Assembly (NCBI GenBank): GCA_949014015.1
Contig: CARLGQ010000038.1
Coordinates: 1 to 34,388, forward strand
Length of the DNA stretch: 34,388 bases
DNA from: an uncultured Lachnospiraceae bacterium
Lineage (GTDB): Bacteria; Bacillota; Clostridia; Lachnospirales; Lachnospiraceae
Reading direction: 5' to 3'
Part shown: piece after piece, positions 1-9,207 of the stretch
Numbering within the stretch: position 1 is the stretch's first letter
Layout: each line of letters starts with the position of its first letter
The notes under the pieces: generated by a model
What the model saw: only the letters and a program-made list of their open reading frames with translations
Told to the model about the DNA's origin: nothing
Database searches by the model: none
Position numbers and translations under genes: made by a program

Positions 1-1004
1 GGAAGGTAGCTGCTGGATTTGTTGGAACGGCATTGTTTCTAGCTTGCTTATTTTTTACACTGGGTAATATTTCTGGAACTGGGGCAGGTATGAACTTGTT
101 GTTTGGAATAAACTGGAAGATTGGTGCTTTAATTATGTTGGCGGTTCTAATGTATTGCTACTTTTCAAAAGGGGTTTACTCAAAAGTAGAAAAGGGAATT
201 ACAGTATGCATTTTTGGTATCATCCTTGCATTTTATGCAACGCTGATTGCATCTGGAGGACCTGATTGGGGAGAAATGGGATACAGTGTAGTACACTGGA
301 GTTTTCCAGAGGCAAGCCTAACAACAGCTTTGGCTTATATTAGTACAAATGCAGCGGTTACGTCGGGTATTTATGGAACTTATCTTGGTGCAGAGAAAAA
401 ATGGAAGAAAGAGGATTTATTTAATGGAGCGATGATGGCGGATGCCATTGCTCATGTGATTACGGTTGTTCTGATTTCTGGTGCAATTATTTTAGTTGGT
501 GCAATCGTACTTTATCCACAAGGAACTTCTATTACTGCACCAGCACAACTTGGTGATTTGTTAGTACCATTTTTGGGAAATGCTGCAAAATATGTTATGG
601 GGGTGGCTCTTCTTGGTGCAGGATTTTCTTCTTTACTTGGTAATACACAAAGAGGGATGGTACTTTTAAGTGCAGGATTTGATAAGGAAGTAGGACTTGA
701 AACAAAAACTATTCGTTGGGGTTGTGTTATCTGTTTGGTGATTGCATGTATGATTTGTTTTGTATATGGAGGGTCTCCAACACAATTAATCTTTTTAGCA
801 AATGTCGCAACTGCAATTGCAACACCTGTTGCAGGACTGTTTATTGTGCTGATGTTATGGAAAAAAGAAGTAAATGCAGGTTTGAAGGCACCAAGAGGAT
901 TGCAGGTTTGTATGACAATAAGTTATTTGTTTGCTCTGGTTATGACTGCTTCTGCTTTGAGTAATTATATACCAAAATTGATTACATCAATTGTAGGATC
1001 ATAA
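1..1004 (+). CDS. Polytopic membrane transporter, 5'-partial (family unresolved, possibly NRAMP-related/APC-fold)
   Basis: Reading frame 3 stays open to the window start (KVAAGFVGTALFLACLFF...), so the CDS is N-terminally truncated. At least 8 hydrophobic helices with G/A-rich segments. Stop at 1002-1004, followed by a hairpin terminator. Family not recognisable by eye: no NRAMP MPH motif. Confidence 0.8.
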   Translation, partial: KVAAGFVGTALFLACLFFTLGNISGTGAGMNLLFGINWKIGALIMLAVLMYCYFSKGVYSKVEKGITVCIFGIILAFYATLIASGGPDWGEMGYSVVHWSFPEASLTTALAYISTNAAVTSGIYGTYLGAEKKWKKEDLFNGAMMADAIAHVITVVLISGAIILVGAIVLYPQGTSITAPAQLGDLLVPFLGNAAKYVMGVALLGAGFSSLLGNTQRGMVLLSAGFDKEVGLETKTIRWGCVICLVIACMICFVYGGSPTQLIFLANVATAIATPVAGLFIVLMLWKKEVNAGLKAPRGLQVCMTISYLFALVMTASALSNYIPKLITSIVGS

Positions 1005-1018
1005 ATAAACGAATAAGA

Positions 1019-1058
1019 AAATCCCTTTACAGTAATAATGTTAAGGGATTTTCGATTT
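1019..1058 (+). terminator. Rho-independent terminator of the transporter gene
   Basis: 9-bp stem AAATCCCTT(1019-1027) / AAGGGATTT(1043-1051), then TCGATTTAT. Confidence 0.6.
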
Positions 1059-1214
1059 ATAAATGTTGAAAGTTAGAAATTAAGGTGGTTTCATTTAGAA
1101 TCACTATTTTTTGGAAAATGGAAAAAATGGTTTTATGAAAATTTATTCGAATAAATTTTTTCTTTTAATATATTTAATACTAAGTTTTTAGTTGAAAAAT
1201 TTATAAAAATAGGG

Positions 1215-1243
1215 TTGAAAAAATCTTTCCTTATTTATATAAT
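1215..1243 (+). promoter_or_regulatory. SigA-type promoter, TTGAAA-N17-TATAAT
   Basis: -35 TTGAAA at 1215-1220, 17-nt spacer, -10 TATAAT at 1238-1243: a perfect -10 and near-perfect -35. Confidence 0.55.
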
Positions 1244-1272
1244 GGAATAAAATAATAAAATAAAGAATATTT

Positions 1273-1303
1273 TCGGAGAGAAAGGCTTCTCTCCGAGTTT
1301 TTA
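1273..1303 (+). terminator. Intrinsic terminator/attenuator hairpin in the leader, about 30 nt downstream of the predicted TSS
   Basis: 10-bp perfect stem TCGGAGAGAA / TTCTCTCCGA with a 4-nt loop (AGGC), followed by GTTTTTAT. It lies between the promoter at 1215-1243 and the ORF starting at 1343. Confidence 0.6.
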
Positions 1304-1342
1304 TATTGTACTAAAAAATAAAACTAAATTGGAGGGATCCGA

Positions 1343-1591
1343 GTGTTTCCATTTTTTAATAAGAAAAATTCTGAATTAGAAACAATTTTGCAGAAGATAC
1401 AGATAAATCAATCTAATAATTATAAAGATGCAGCACAGGAAAATTTAAAAGAATTTCAAAAAGTTTTTGAAGAATGTTTAAAGACAAATCAACTAAACGA
1501 AAAACAAAAGGAATATTATAAAAAAATTTTATCAGATTTAATAATACAAATGAAAAATTATACACATAAAGATCAAAAAGTTACTTGGTGA
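1343..1591 (+). CDS. Small Lys/Gln-rich hypothetical protein (82 aa)
   Basis: GTG start 7 nt after GGAGGG (1331-1336). Highly charged, no TM segment, no recognisable family. Confidence 0.45.
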   Translation: MFPFFNKKNSELETILQKIQINQSNNYKDAAQENLKEFQKVFEECLKTNQLNEKQKEYYKKILSDLIIQMKNYTHKDQKVTW

Positions 1592-1680
1592 TAAATAAGA
1601 CAAATAATAAGGAAAAAAGGAGGGCTTTGGTTTATGAAATAAAATGATAGATAGAGCAATGGAACTGGGTATTAAAATGC

Positions 1681-1709
1681 TTGCCAGATAGAGGAAGATC
1701 TGTTACAAT
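1681..1709 (+). promoter_or_regulatory. Promoter of ruvAB: TTGCCA-N17-TACAAT with extended TG
   Basis: -35 at 1681-1686. TGt at 1701-1703 plus -10 TACAAT at 1704-1709. 60 nt upstream of the ruvA ATG. Confidence 0.55.
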
Positions 1710-1769
1710 CGTATCTATGTTCGATTACTTTTAATAGATTGGATTAAAAAGAGCATAAGGAGAGTTTCA

Positions 1770-2375
1770 ATGATTTCTTTTATAAAAGGTGAGTTAAAAG
1801 AAGTAGGAATAGATTTTGTTGTGGTGGAAAATCATGGAATCGGTTATTTGATAAAGGTACCTGCTACTGTGGTTACTATGCTTCCAGCAATAGGAAGTGA
1901 GATACAGATTTTTACCTATCTCTATATCAGAGAAGATATTTTAGATTTATATGGATTTTTAGAAAAAGAAGATATCACAGTATTTCGGCTTCTTTTGGGA
2001 GTAAGTGGAATTGGCCCAAAAGGAGCGTTGGCTATTCTTTCTACAATTTCTGTAGATGATTTACGGTTTGCAGTGTTGGCAGGAGATGCAAAAACGATTG
2101 CAAAAGCACCAGGAATTGGCAGTAAAACAGCACAAAAGATGGTAATTGAGTTAAAGGATAAATTAAAATTAGAAGAGGTATTTGAACAAAAGTTGGCAAA
2201 AGAAGCAAAAGATGTTGGACAGACAAAAGAGATACAAAATGAGGCAGTGCAGGCACTGACTGCTTTGGGATATAGTCCAACTGATGCACTTCGTGCCGTT
2301 CGTGCTGTAACAGTAACAGAGGATATGACAGTGGAAACTTTGTTAAAGGCTTCTTTAAAAAAGATGAGTCGGTAG
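1770..2375 (+). CDS. ruvA: Holliday junction branch migration complex subunit RuvA
   Basis: 201 aa. N-terminal OB domain, HhH segments (GIGPKGALAIL, PGIGSKTAQKM), C-terminal domain III. AAGGAG RBS. Confidence 0.93.
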   Translation: MISFIKGELKEVGIDFVVVENHGIGYLIKVPATVVTMLPAIGSEIQIFTYLYIREDILDLYGFLEKEDITVFRLLLGVSGIGPKGALAILSTISVDDLRFAVLAGDAKTIAKAPGIGSKTAQKMVIELKDKLKLEEVFEQKLAKEAKDVGQTKEIQNEAVQALTALGYSPTDALRAVRAVTVTEDMTVETLLKASLKKMSR

Positions 2376-2392
2376 GATGAAAGGATTTCTAT

Positions 2393-3385
2393 ATGGCAAA
2401 GAGAATGATAACAACAGAGCGAACAGAAGAAGATAATAGTGTGGAAAATCATCTAAGGCCACAGCTTTTGGCAGATTATATTGGTCAAGCAAAAGCAAAG
2501 GAAAATTTAAAAGTATATATTGAAGCAGCGAAAAGCCGGAAAGAACCACTAGACCATGTATTATTTTATGGTCCTCCTGGACTTGGAAAAACAACTTTAG
2601 CTGGAATTATCGCAAATGAGATGGGAACCAATATGAAGATTACTTCTGGACCTGCGATTGAAAAACCAGGAGAGCTGGCGGCGATTTTAAATAATCTTCA
2701 AGAAAAAGATGTATTATTTATTGATGAAATTCATCGGTTAAATCGACAAGTAGAAGAAGTGCTTTATCCGGCAATGGAGGATTTTGCAATTGATATTGTG
2801 ATTGGAAAAGGCGCAACAGCACGATCCATCCGATTAGATTTACCTAAATTTACTTTGGTAGGTGCTACAACCAGAGCTGGACTTTTAACGGCACCGCTTC
2901 GGGATCGATTTGGCGTGATTCATCGATTAGAATTTTATACACCACAGGAATTGCAGACAATTTTAATGCGTTCTGCTAGGGTATTGCAAGTAGAAATTGA
3001 GGCTGCGGGTGCAATGGAGATGGCAAGAAGAAGTCGTGGCACACCTCGATTGGCAAATCGGCTTTTAAAGCGGGTGCGAGATTTTGCACAGGTAAAATAT
3101 CATGGAGTTATTACAGAAGAGGTGGCAAATTTTGCGTTGGATTTGCTGGAAGTGGATAAATATGGACTAGATAATAGCGATCGGATGTTTTTACTTACTT
3201 TAATTCAAAAATTTACAGGAGGTCCTTGCGGATTAGATACATTAGCAGCAGCTTTAGGAGAAGATGCTGGAACGTTAGAAGAAGTGATTGAACCTTATCT
3301 TATTCAAAATGGATTTTTACAGAGGACGCCTCGTGGAAGAATTGTAACAGATTTGGCTTATCAACATCTTGGACTAAAAAAATAG
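2393..3385 (+). CDS. ruvB: Holliday junction ATP-dependent DNA helicase RuvB
   Basis: 330 aa. Walker [12 protein letters not shown], Walker [10 protein letters not shown], sensor/arginine finger region, winged helix C-terminus. Immediately downstream of ruvA. Confidence 0.96.
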   Translation: MAKRMITTERTEEDNSVENHLRPQLLADYIGQAKAKENLKVYIEAAKSRKEPLDHVLFYGPPGLGKTTLAGIIANEMGTNMKITSGPAIEKPGELAAILNNLQEKDVLFIDEIHRLNRQVEEVLYPAMEDFAIDIVIGKGATARSIRLDLPKFTLVGATTRAGLLTAPLRDRFGVIHRLEFYTPQELQTILMRSARVLQVEIEAAGAMEMARRSRGTPRLANRLLKRVRDFAQVKYHGVITEEVANFALDLLEVDKYGLDNSDRMFLLTLIQKFTGGPCGLDTLAAALGEDAGTLEEVIEPYLIQNGFLQRTPRGRIVTDLAYQHLGLKK

Positions 3386-3521
3386 AAAAAACAGAATAGA
3401 ACTATAAACTGGAGAATCTTGGTAAACAAAATCCTCTCATAAAATGCTTGTGCTTTTTTCTGAAATTGATTATAATAAAGTTTAATGATAACAAAGGAAT
3501 AATGCAGGGAGAGGATATTGG

Positions 3522-3986
3522 ATGGCACTAAAGAATAATGTACAGGTGGTTATTGACGGAAAAGTATATACATTAAGCGGATACGAAGACCCCGAATACC
3601 TAAATAAAGTTGCTGCATATATTAATGCAAAACTTTCTGAGGTACGAATGGCAGAGGGATATAAACGTCAGAACCGAGAGGTGCAGAATATCCTGATGTA
3701 TCTCAATGTAGCAGATGATTATTATAAAGCAAAGAAAAATGCAGATACAGCAAGTTTAGAATTAGAAGAGCGCAATAAGGAGATTTCGAATTTAAAACAT
3801 GAATTAGTAGGACTAAAACTTCGAATGGAGGAGGAAGAGCTGGAATTAGAAGCTCTTCGAAAGACAGTAAGCGAACAGGAAAAAACGATTATTCGTTTAG
3901 AAGCAGAGAAAACACATACTAGAAAAGCACAAAATGAAAAAAGAAGCAAAGATGGGCAGGATAAGAATGAAAATCAGGATAAATAA
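3522..3986 (+). CDS. zapA: ZapA-like cell division protein with extended coiled-coil tail
   Basis: N-terminus VQVVIDGKVYTLSGYEDPEYLNKVAAYINAKLSEV fits the ZapA fold signature (I-x-G-x-xY-x-L). It is followed by a heptad-rich E/K segment. Longer (154 aa) than typical ZapA. Confidence 0.65.
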   Translation: MALKNNVQVVIDGKVYTLSGYEDPEYLNKVAAYINAKLSEVRMAEGYKRQNREVQNILMYLNVADDYYKAKKNADTASLELEERNKEISNLKHELVGLKLRMEEEELELEALRKTVSEQEKTIIRLEAEKTHTRKAQNEKRSKDGQDKNENQDK

Positions 3987-3995
3987 GGATAGAAA

Positions 3996-6317
3996 ATGTC
4001 ATGTCATTCCCAGAAAGAAGACATGACATTCTTTATAGAGAAAAAAGAAAAGATTGAGGAAAAAAGAATGGAGTTATATAAAAGTCAAAGGTATCAGGCA
4101 TGTTATGCAAAAAAAGCAGAATTGTTAGCACCAGCTGGCTCCTATGAAACGATGGTGGCGGCTGTTTTGGCAGGTGCTGATGCGGTTTATTTAGGGGGAA
4201 ATCTGTTTGGTGCAAGAGCATATGCCAACAACCTAGATACAGAAACCTTAAAATCTGCAATTGATTTTGTTCATCTTCATGGTAGAAAATTATATTTAAC
4301 AGTTAATACATTATTAAAAGAACAAGAGATGCAGGAAAAACTATATTCTTATTTACTTCCTTTTTATCAACAGGGATTAGATGCAGTAATTGTGCAGGAT
4401 ATTGGAGTATTTTCTTTTATTCAAAAGTATTTTCCCAAGCTTCCTATTCATGCTAGTACACAGATGACTTTGATGGGGCCTTATGGAGCAAAACTTTTAA
4501 AAGAAATGGGAGCTGTACGAATTGTAACTGCAAGAGAACTTTCCTTGGAGGAGATCCAAAAGATTCATCATACAGAAGGGTTAGAATCTTTAGAAATAGA
4601 AAGTTTTATACATGGAGCACTTTGTTATTGCTATTCGGGACAGTGTTTATTTAGTAGTTTGGCAGGAGGAAGAAGTGGAAATCGAGGACGTTGTGCACAG
4701 CCTTGCCGTCTTCCCTATCAGGTAAAAGAGAAAGAACAGAAAAAAAGATGGAGCCGTAAGGAGGAACCTTATCAATTAAGTCCAAAGGATTTGTGCAGTA
4801 TAGAACTTTTACCAGATATTTTAGAAGCAGGTGTCTATTCTCTTAAAATTGAAGGCAGGATGAAAAAGCCGGAATATACAGCAGGTGTAGTCAGTGTTTA
4901 TCGCAAATATCTAGATATTTATATTGAGCATGGAAGAGAGGGATTTGCTGTATCTGATAAGGATAAGAAAATTTTATATGATCTTTATAATCGGGGTGGA
5001 TTTACAAAAGGATATTATATAGAAAAGAACGGAAAAGATATGATGTTTCTTCAGGGAAAAGAAGCAGAAAGTGAGGAGAAAAATCAAGAACTTTTTGAAG
5101 CAGTTCGAAAAGAATTTCTCTCTGTAGAGCCAAAGGAAGCAATTGATGGAACAATAAGAATATATTCGAAAGAAAAGGCAAAACTTACTGTTCAATTTCA
5201 AAACCAAAGTGTTACTGTATTTGGAAAAGAGGTTGCTTTGGCAGAAAAGCAGCCTATGACAAAAGAAAATATTGCAAAACAAATAGAAAAAACCGGAAAA
5301 ACGCCATTTTCTTTTTCTAATCTTTTAGTAGAAACAGATGGAAAGAGTTTTATTTCTATAACAGAATTAAATGAATTGCGAAGAACAGCATTAGAACAAC
5401 TAACGGCAGCATATCTGCAACCATTTTATCGAGAAGAAAGTCAAAAAGAGATTTATATAAAGGAAATAAACAATAAAAAAAGAGAATTAAAATCCGCTTG
5501 TCAATATAAGATAAATGTCTATTTAGAAAAAAAAGAATATGTAGAAGCAGTAACAAAATTTACAGAACTTTCTTCGATTTATTTAGATGCAAGTGAATTT
5601 TCAACAGATGATGTAAAAAGTTATAAAAAACGGTTTCCAAATCAAAAGTTTTACTATATGCTTCCACCTATTTTTCGAGATACGACAAAGAATTGGTTAG
5701 AACAAGAATATCAATCATTGTTACAGGCAGGAATTGATGGATTTGTAGCAAGAAATTTAGATGAATTTTCTTTTCTAAAAGAAAAAAGAAAAGAAAAAGA
5801 AATACCGATTCGATTGGATTCTTCTCTTTATGGATTTAATTCGGAAAGTATGCAGGTATTTGAAAAACAGTGGAATGTAGAACAAATAACCCTTCCTTTG
5901 GAACTAAATGGAAGAGAGCTGGCACAAATTGCAGATAAAAGAAGTGAGTTAATGGTATATGGCTATTTACCAATGATGGTATCAGCACAATGTACGATGA
6001 AAAATTTAAAAGGATGTTCTTGCAAATCAGGAACACTTCTTTTAACCGATCGTTATAACAATGAATTTACAATAAAAAATAGGTGCAAATTTTGCTATAA
6101 TAAAATATATAATTGTAAACCACTTTCTCTTTTAAGTGTAAAAAAAGAAGTGGATCGAATTTTACCTAGTGCAATACGGCTGGATTTTACACTGGAATCT
6201 GTAAAAGAGGTAACAGAGATTCTTACAAAATTTATTCAGGCGTATCAAAAGGGTATTTTATTTTCAGAGGAACCTTTTGCATTTACAAGAGGGCATTTGA
6301 AACGGGGGATTGAGTAA
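3996..6317 (+). CDS. Peptidase U32 family protein, long form with C-terminal extension
   Basis: ELLAPAGSYETMVAAVLAGADAVYLGG is the canonical U32 N-terminal motif. Cys cluster GALCYCYSGQCL...CAQPCR. About 770 aa, typical of long Firmicutes U32 proteins. Alternative start at ATG 4068 (GAGGA RBS) is possible. Confidence 0.85.
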   Translation: MSCHSQKEDMTFFIEKKEKIEEKRMELYKSQRYQACYAKKAELLAPAGSYETMVAAVLAGADAVYLGGNLFGARAYANNLDTETLKSAIDFVHLHGRKLYLTVNTLLKEQEMQEKLYSYLLPFYQQGLDAVIVQDIGVFSFIQKYFPKLPIHASTQMTLMGPYGAKLLKEMGAVRIVTARELSLEEIQKIHHTEGLESLEIESFIHGALCYCYSGQCLFSSLAGGRSGNRGRCAQPCRLPYQVKEKEQKKRWSRKEEPYQLSPKDLCSIELLPDILEAGVYSLKIEGRMKKPEYTAGVVSVYRKYLDIYIEHGREGFAVSDKDKKILYDLYNRGGFTKGYYIEKNGKDMMFLQGKEAESEEKNQELFEAVRKEFLSVEPKEAIDGTIRIYSKEKAKLTVQFQNQSVTVFGKEVALAEKQPMTKENIAKQIEKTGKTPFSFSNLLVETDGKSFISITELNELRRTALEQLTAAYLQPFYREESQKEIYIKEINNKKRELKSACQYKINVYLEKKEYVEAVTKFTELSSIYLDASEFSTDDVKSYKKRFPNQKFYYMLPPIFRDTTKNWLEQEYQSLLQAGIDGFVARNLDEFSFLKEKRKEKEIPIRLDSSLYGFNSESMQVFEKQWNVEQITLPLELNGRELAQIADKRSELMVYGYLPMMVSAQCTMKNLKGCSCKSGTLLLTDRYNNEFTIKNRCKFCYNKIYNCKPLSLLSVKKEVDRILPSAIRLDFTLESVKEVTEILTKFIQAYQKGILFSEEPFAFTRGHLKRGIE

Positions 6318-6332
6318 GAGGGAGGTAGTAGT

Positions 6333-9110
6333 ATGGTTAGTCTGATGCAAGAGCTGTCAAAATATCTGATTATTTTGCTGATGATGGTATATACGTATTA
6401 TTCTTTTGCTTATTATAAAAAAAGAAAAGTAACAATATTAAATATTTGCCTGTTTATGGTACATTTTCTTGGTTTTTTTTCTTTATTTCTTTCTACAGGA
6501 AATGAGAATCTAATCCTTTTATATGGGGCGGAATTAGTTTATTTAATTTTGTTAGAAACATTATTTCATATTGCTTATCCAGCAGCTTCTAGATTATTAA
6601 CTAGTTTAGTTTGTATGCTAATGGTGATAGGGTTTCTTGTGCTGGCAAGACTTTCTATTGGAAAAGCAAACCGACAGTTTTTGATTTTAGCATTAGGAAC
6701 ACTTTTTATGGCAGCGATTCCATATATTATGAAAAAGTGGAAATCGTTAAGAAAGTTTGCATGGCTTTATGGAATTGCTGGGGTAGTGTTACTTTTGGTA
6801 GTTTTGATTTTGGCAGAAACCAGTTATGGAGCTAAACTTTCGATTGCATTACTTGGTGTTTCTTTTCAACCTTCTGAATTTGTAAAAATTAGTTATGTAT
6901 TTTTTATTGCTGCTATGTTTGAAGTAAGAGAGGATTGGAAGCAGGTAATAAAGACAGGAATTTTAGCAGCTGTGCATATTTTAATTTTAGTGGCATCGAC
7001 TGATTTGGGAAGTGCATTGATTTTTTCTTTGGTATTTGTATTTATGGTCTATGTAGCTACAAAAAAACCAGTTTATCTATTTGGCGGGTTATTAGCGGGA
7101 GCAGGTGCTTCCTATCTGGCTTATCAGACATTTTCCCATATTCAGACTCGTGTAACAGCGTGGATTGATCCCTGGTCTGTAATTGAAAGTAAAGGGTATC
7201 AGATTGCACAGTCTCTTTTTGCAATCGGAACAGGAGGCTGGTTAGGAGTAGGATTAAATAAAGGTTCTCCTTCCCAGATACCAGTTGTAGAAGAGGACTT
7301 TTTCTTTTCAGCAATTGCAGAAGAATTGGGCGGGTTAGTTGCAGTCTGTGTTATTTTTATCTGTTTAGGATGTCTGCTTTTGATTTTAAATATAGCGATT
7401 CAGATGCACAGTCATTTTTATCGCTATATGGCGTTAGGGCTTGCTTGTGAGTATGGAATACAAGTATTTTTAACAATTGGCGGAGCAATGAAACTAATTC
7501 CATCTACCGGTGTAACAATTCCATTTGTAAGCTGTGGCGGAAGTTCGATGCTAAGTTCACTTGTAATGTATGGAATTGTACAGGGACTATATATTTCAGA
7601 ATTAGAACTAGGGCTAGGAAAAGGGGAGGAAGAACAAAAACATACAGATGATGAAAGACTAAGAATTTTATCGGGAAAAACAAGTTGGAATCAAGAACTT
7701 TATTTTGTTATGTATTTATTTACAGGACTATTTCTATTAATGCCGTGTTATCTTGGTTATTTTCTTTTTGCAGAGAGTAAAGATGTTATCAACAATCCTT
7801 ATAATCTGCGGCAGGAGGATTTCGCAAAAAAGGTGGTACGTGGTACAATTCTTACGGCAGATGGAGAAGTGATTGCAAAGACAGAAACAAAGGAGGATGG
7901 AACAGAGCAAAGAGTTTATCCATTTGAGAATTTATTTTCCCATGTAGTAGGGTATTCACAGAGTGGAAAAGATGGATTGGAAAAAATCTATAACTTTCAG
8001 CTTTTAACATCAGATGAACCTATTTATGAAAAAATAGGACATGAATTAAGAGGGGAAAAAGATAAGGGAAATCAACTGATTACGACTTTAAATTATACGC
8101 TTCAAAAAGCAGCTTCTGAGGAATTGGAAGGCCAAAAAGGGGCTATTGTAGTGATGGAGCCATCGACTGGAAAAATTCTTGCTATGGTTTCGAAGCCAGA
8201 TTATAATCCAAACGAAATAGAAGCTATCTGGGAATCACTTGCAGATGATTCAGATGGAGAACAGAGCTATCTATTAAACCGTGCTACGCAAGGACGTTAT
8301 CCACCTGGTTCTACATTTAAGATTTTAACTGCATTAGAATATTTAAAAGAGTTTCCAGATCAGATTTCAAAGTTTTCTTATGATTGTACTGGTTCTTACC
8401 AACATAATGGAGCAACAATTCAATGTTCAAACCAAACTGTACATGGAACTATTTCATTTGAAACGGCTTTTGCGAAGTCTTGCAATGGTGCTTTTGCAAA
8501 AATTGGTTTGGAGCTTTCGATAGAACAGTTTTCAAAACTGTGTGAAAAATTTTTATTTAATCAAGATTTACCAGTTGCATTATCATATGTATCAAGTCAA
8601 TTTCAATTAAAGGATAGTTCTCCTGAATGGGAGATTATGCAAACTGCAATCGGACAGGGTACGGTGGAGATAACACCACTTCATCAGGCGATGATAACAG
8701 CAACCATTGCAAATGGTGGTGTTATGATGAAACCTTATTTAGTAGATCGAATTACAGATGTACATGGGAATACCATAAAAAAATATCGCCCTCAACGTTA
8801 TCAAGTACCCATTAGTGAACAGGAAGCAAAACAGCTGACAGAATGGATGACTTTGTGTGTAACAGAAGGAACAGGACATCGTGCTGGATTGGAAGAATAT
8901 TCAGTAGCTGGAAAGACAGGTACGGCAGAATGGGATCCAAAGAAAGAAGCGCACTCTTGGTTTGTGGGATTTTCTTCCGTAGAAAAACCAGAAATTGTAG
9001 TAAGTGTAATTGTAGAGGAGGGAGGAGCTGGAAGTAAAAAGGCAGCTTCGATAGCAGGAGAAATTTTTAAAGTATGGTATACATTAAAAGAATCCGAAAT
9101 GGATACGTAA
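6333..9110 (+). CDS. SEDS glycosyltransferase (FtsW/RodA/SpoVE family) fused in-frame to a class B penicillin-binding protein transpeptidase
   Basis: The N-terminal ~410 aa carry about 10 TM helices and the SEDS signature PVVEEDFFFSAIAEELGG plus PFVSCGGSSML. After an extra TM helix come a bPBP dimerisation domain and a transpeptidase domain with SXXK (STFK), SXN (SCN) and KTG (KTGTAEW) motifs. A single uninterrupted 925-codon ORF with a GGAGG RBS. Confidence 0.9.
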   Translation: MVSLMQELSKYLIILLMMVYTYYSFAYYKKRKVTILNICLFMVHFLGFFSLFLSTGNENLILLYGAELVYLILLETLFHIAYPAASRLLTSLVCMLMVIGFLVLARLSIGKANRQFLILALGTLFMAAIPYIMKKWKSLRKFAWLYGIAGVVLLLVVLILAETSYGAKLSIALLGVSFQPSEFVKISYVFFIAAMFEVREDWKQVIKTGILAAVHILILVASTDLGSALIFSLVFVFMVYVATKKPVYLFGGLLAGAGASYLAYQTFSHIQTRVTAWIDPWSVIESKGYQIAQSLFAIGTGGWLGVGLNKGSPSQIPVVEEDFFFSAIAEELGGLVAVCVIFICLGCLLLILNIAIQMHSHFYRYMALGLACEYGIQVFLTIGGAMKLIPSTGVTIPFVSCGGSSMLSSLVMYGIVQGLYISELELGLGKGEEEQKHTDDERLRILSGKTSWNQELYFVMYLFTGLFLLMPCYLGYFLFAESKDVINNPYNLRQEDFAKKVVRGTILTADGEVIAKTETKEDGTEQRVYPFENLFSHVVGYSQSGKDGLEKIYNFQLLTSDEPIYEKIGHELRGEKDKGNQLITTLNYTLQKAASEELEGQKGAIVVMEPSTGKILAMVSKPDYNPNEIEAIWESLADDSDGEQSYLLNRATQGRYPPGSTFKILTALEYLKEFPDQISKFSYDCTGSYQHNGATIQCSNQTVHGTISFETAFAKSCNGAFAKIGLELSIEQFSKLCEKFLFNQDLPVALSYVSSQFQLKDSSPEWEIMQTAIGQGTVEITPLHQAMITATIANGGVMMKPYLVDRITDVHGNTIKKYRPQRYQVPISEQEAKQLTEWMTLCVTEGTGHRAGLEEYSVAGKTGTAEWDPKKEAHSWFVGFSSVEKPEIVVSVIVEEGGAGSKKAASIAGEIFKVWYTLKESEMDT

Positions 9111-9135
9111 ATTTTTCACATATTTTTGGATTGAC

Positions 9136-9164
9136 TTGCATAATTCTGTCAATTGAGGTATACT
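9136..9164 (+). promoter_or_regulatory. Promoter TTGCAT-N17-TATACT upstream of the NUDIX gene
   Basis: -35 at 9136-9141, -10 at 9159-9164. Confidence 0.45.
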
Positions 9165-9207
9165 TATCCTAGTTTTGGTTTCACACCAAAGGACAGGAGG
9201 AATTGCA

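Noticed and set aside
716-964. Plus-strand 82-aa ORF in an alternative frame of the transporter gene
   Set aside because: Overlaps a clearly membrane-protein-encoding frame. Cys-rich nonsense translation.
1922-2594. Minus-strand ORFs 1922-2452, 2041-2289 and 2355-2594
   Set aside because: They are entirely inside ruvA/ruvB on the opposite strand, with low-complexity L/F/S-rich translations. Typical shadow ORFs of AT-rich coding sequence.
3722-6036. Minus-strand ORFs 3722-3949, 4033-4260, 4974-5282, 5356-5556 and 5836-6036
   Set aside because: Antisense to the zapA-like and U32 genes. Hydrophobic or low-complexity translations, no RBS support.
6611-9037. Alternative-frame ORFs 6611-6835(+), 7057-7314(-), 8627-8815(+) and 8843-9037(+)
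   Set aside because: Nested within the SEDS-PBP gene in other frames. The main frame has clear conserved motifs throughout.
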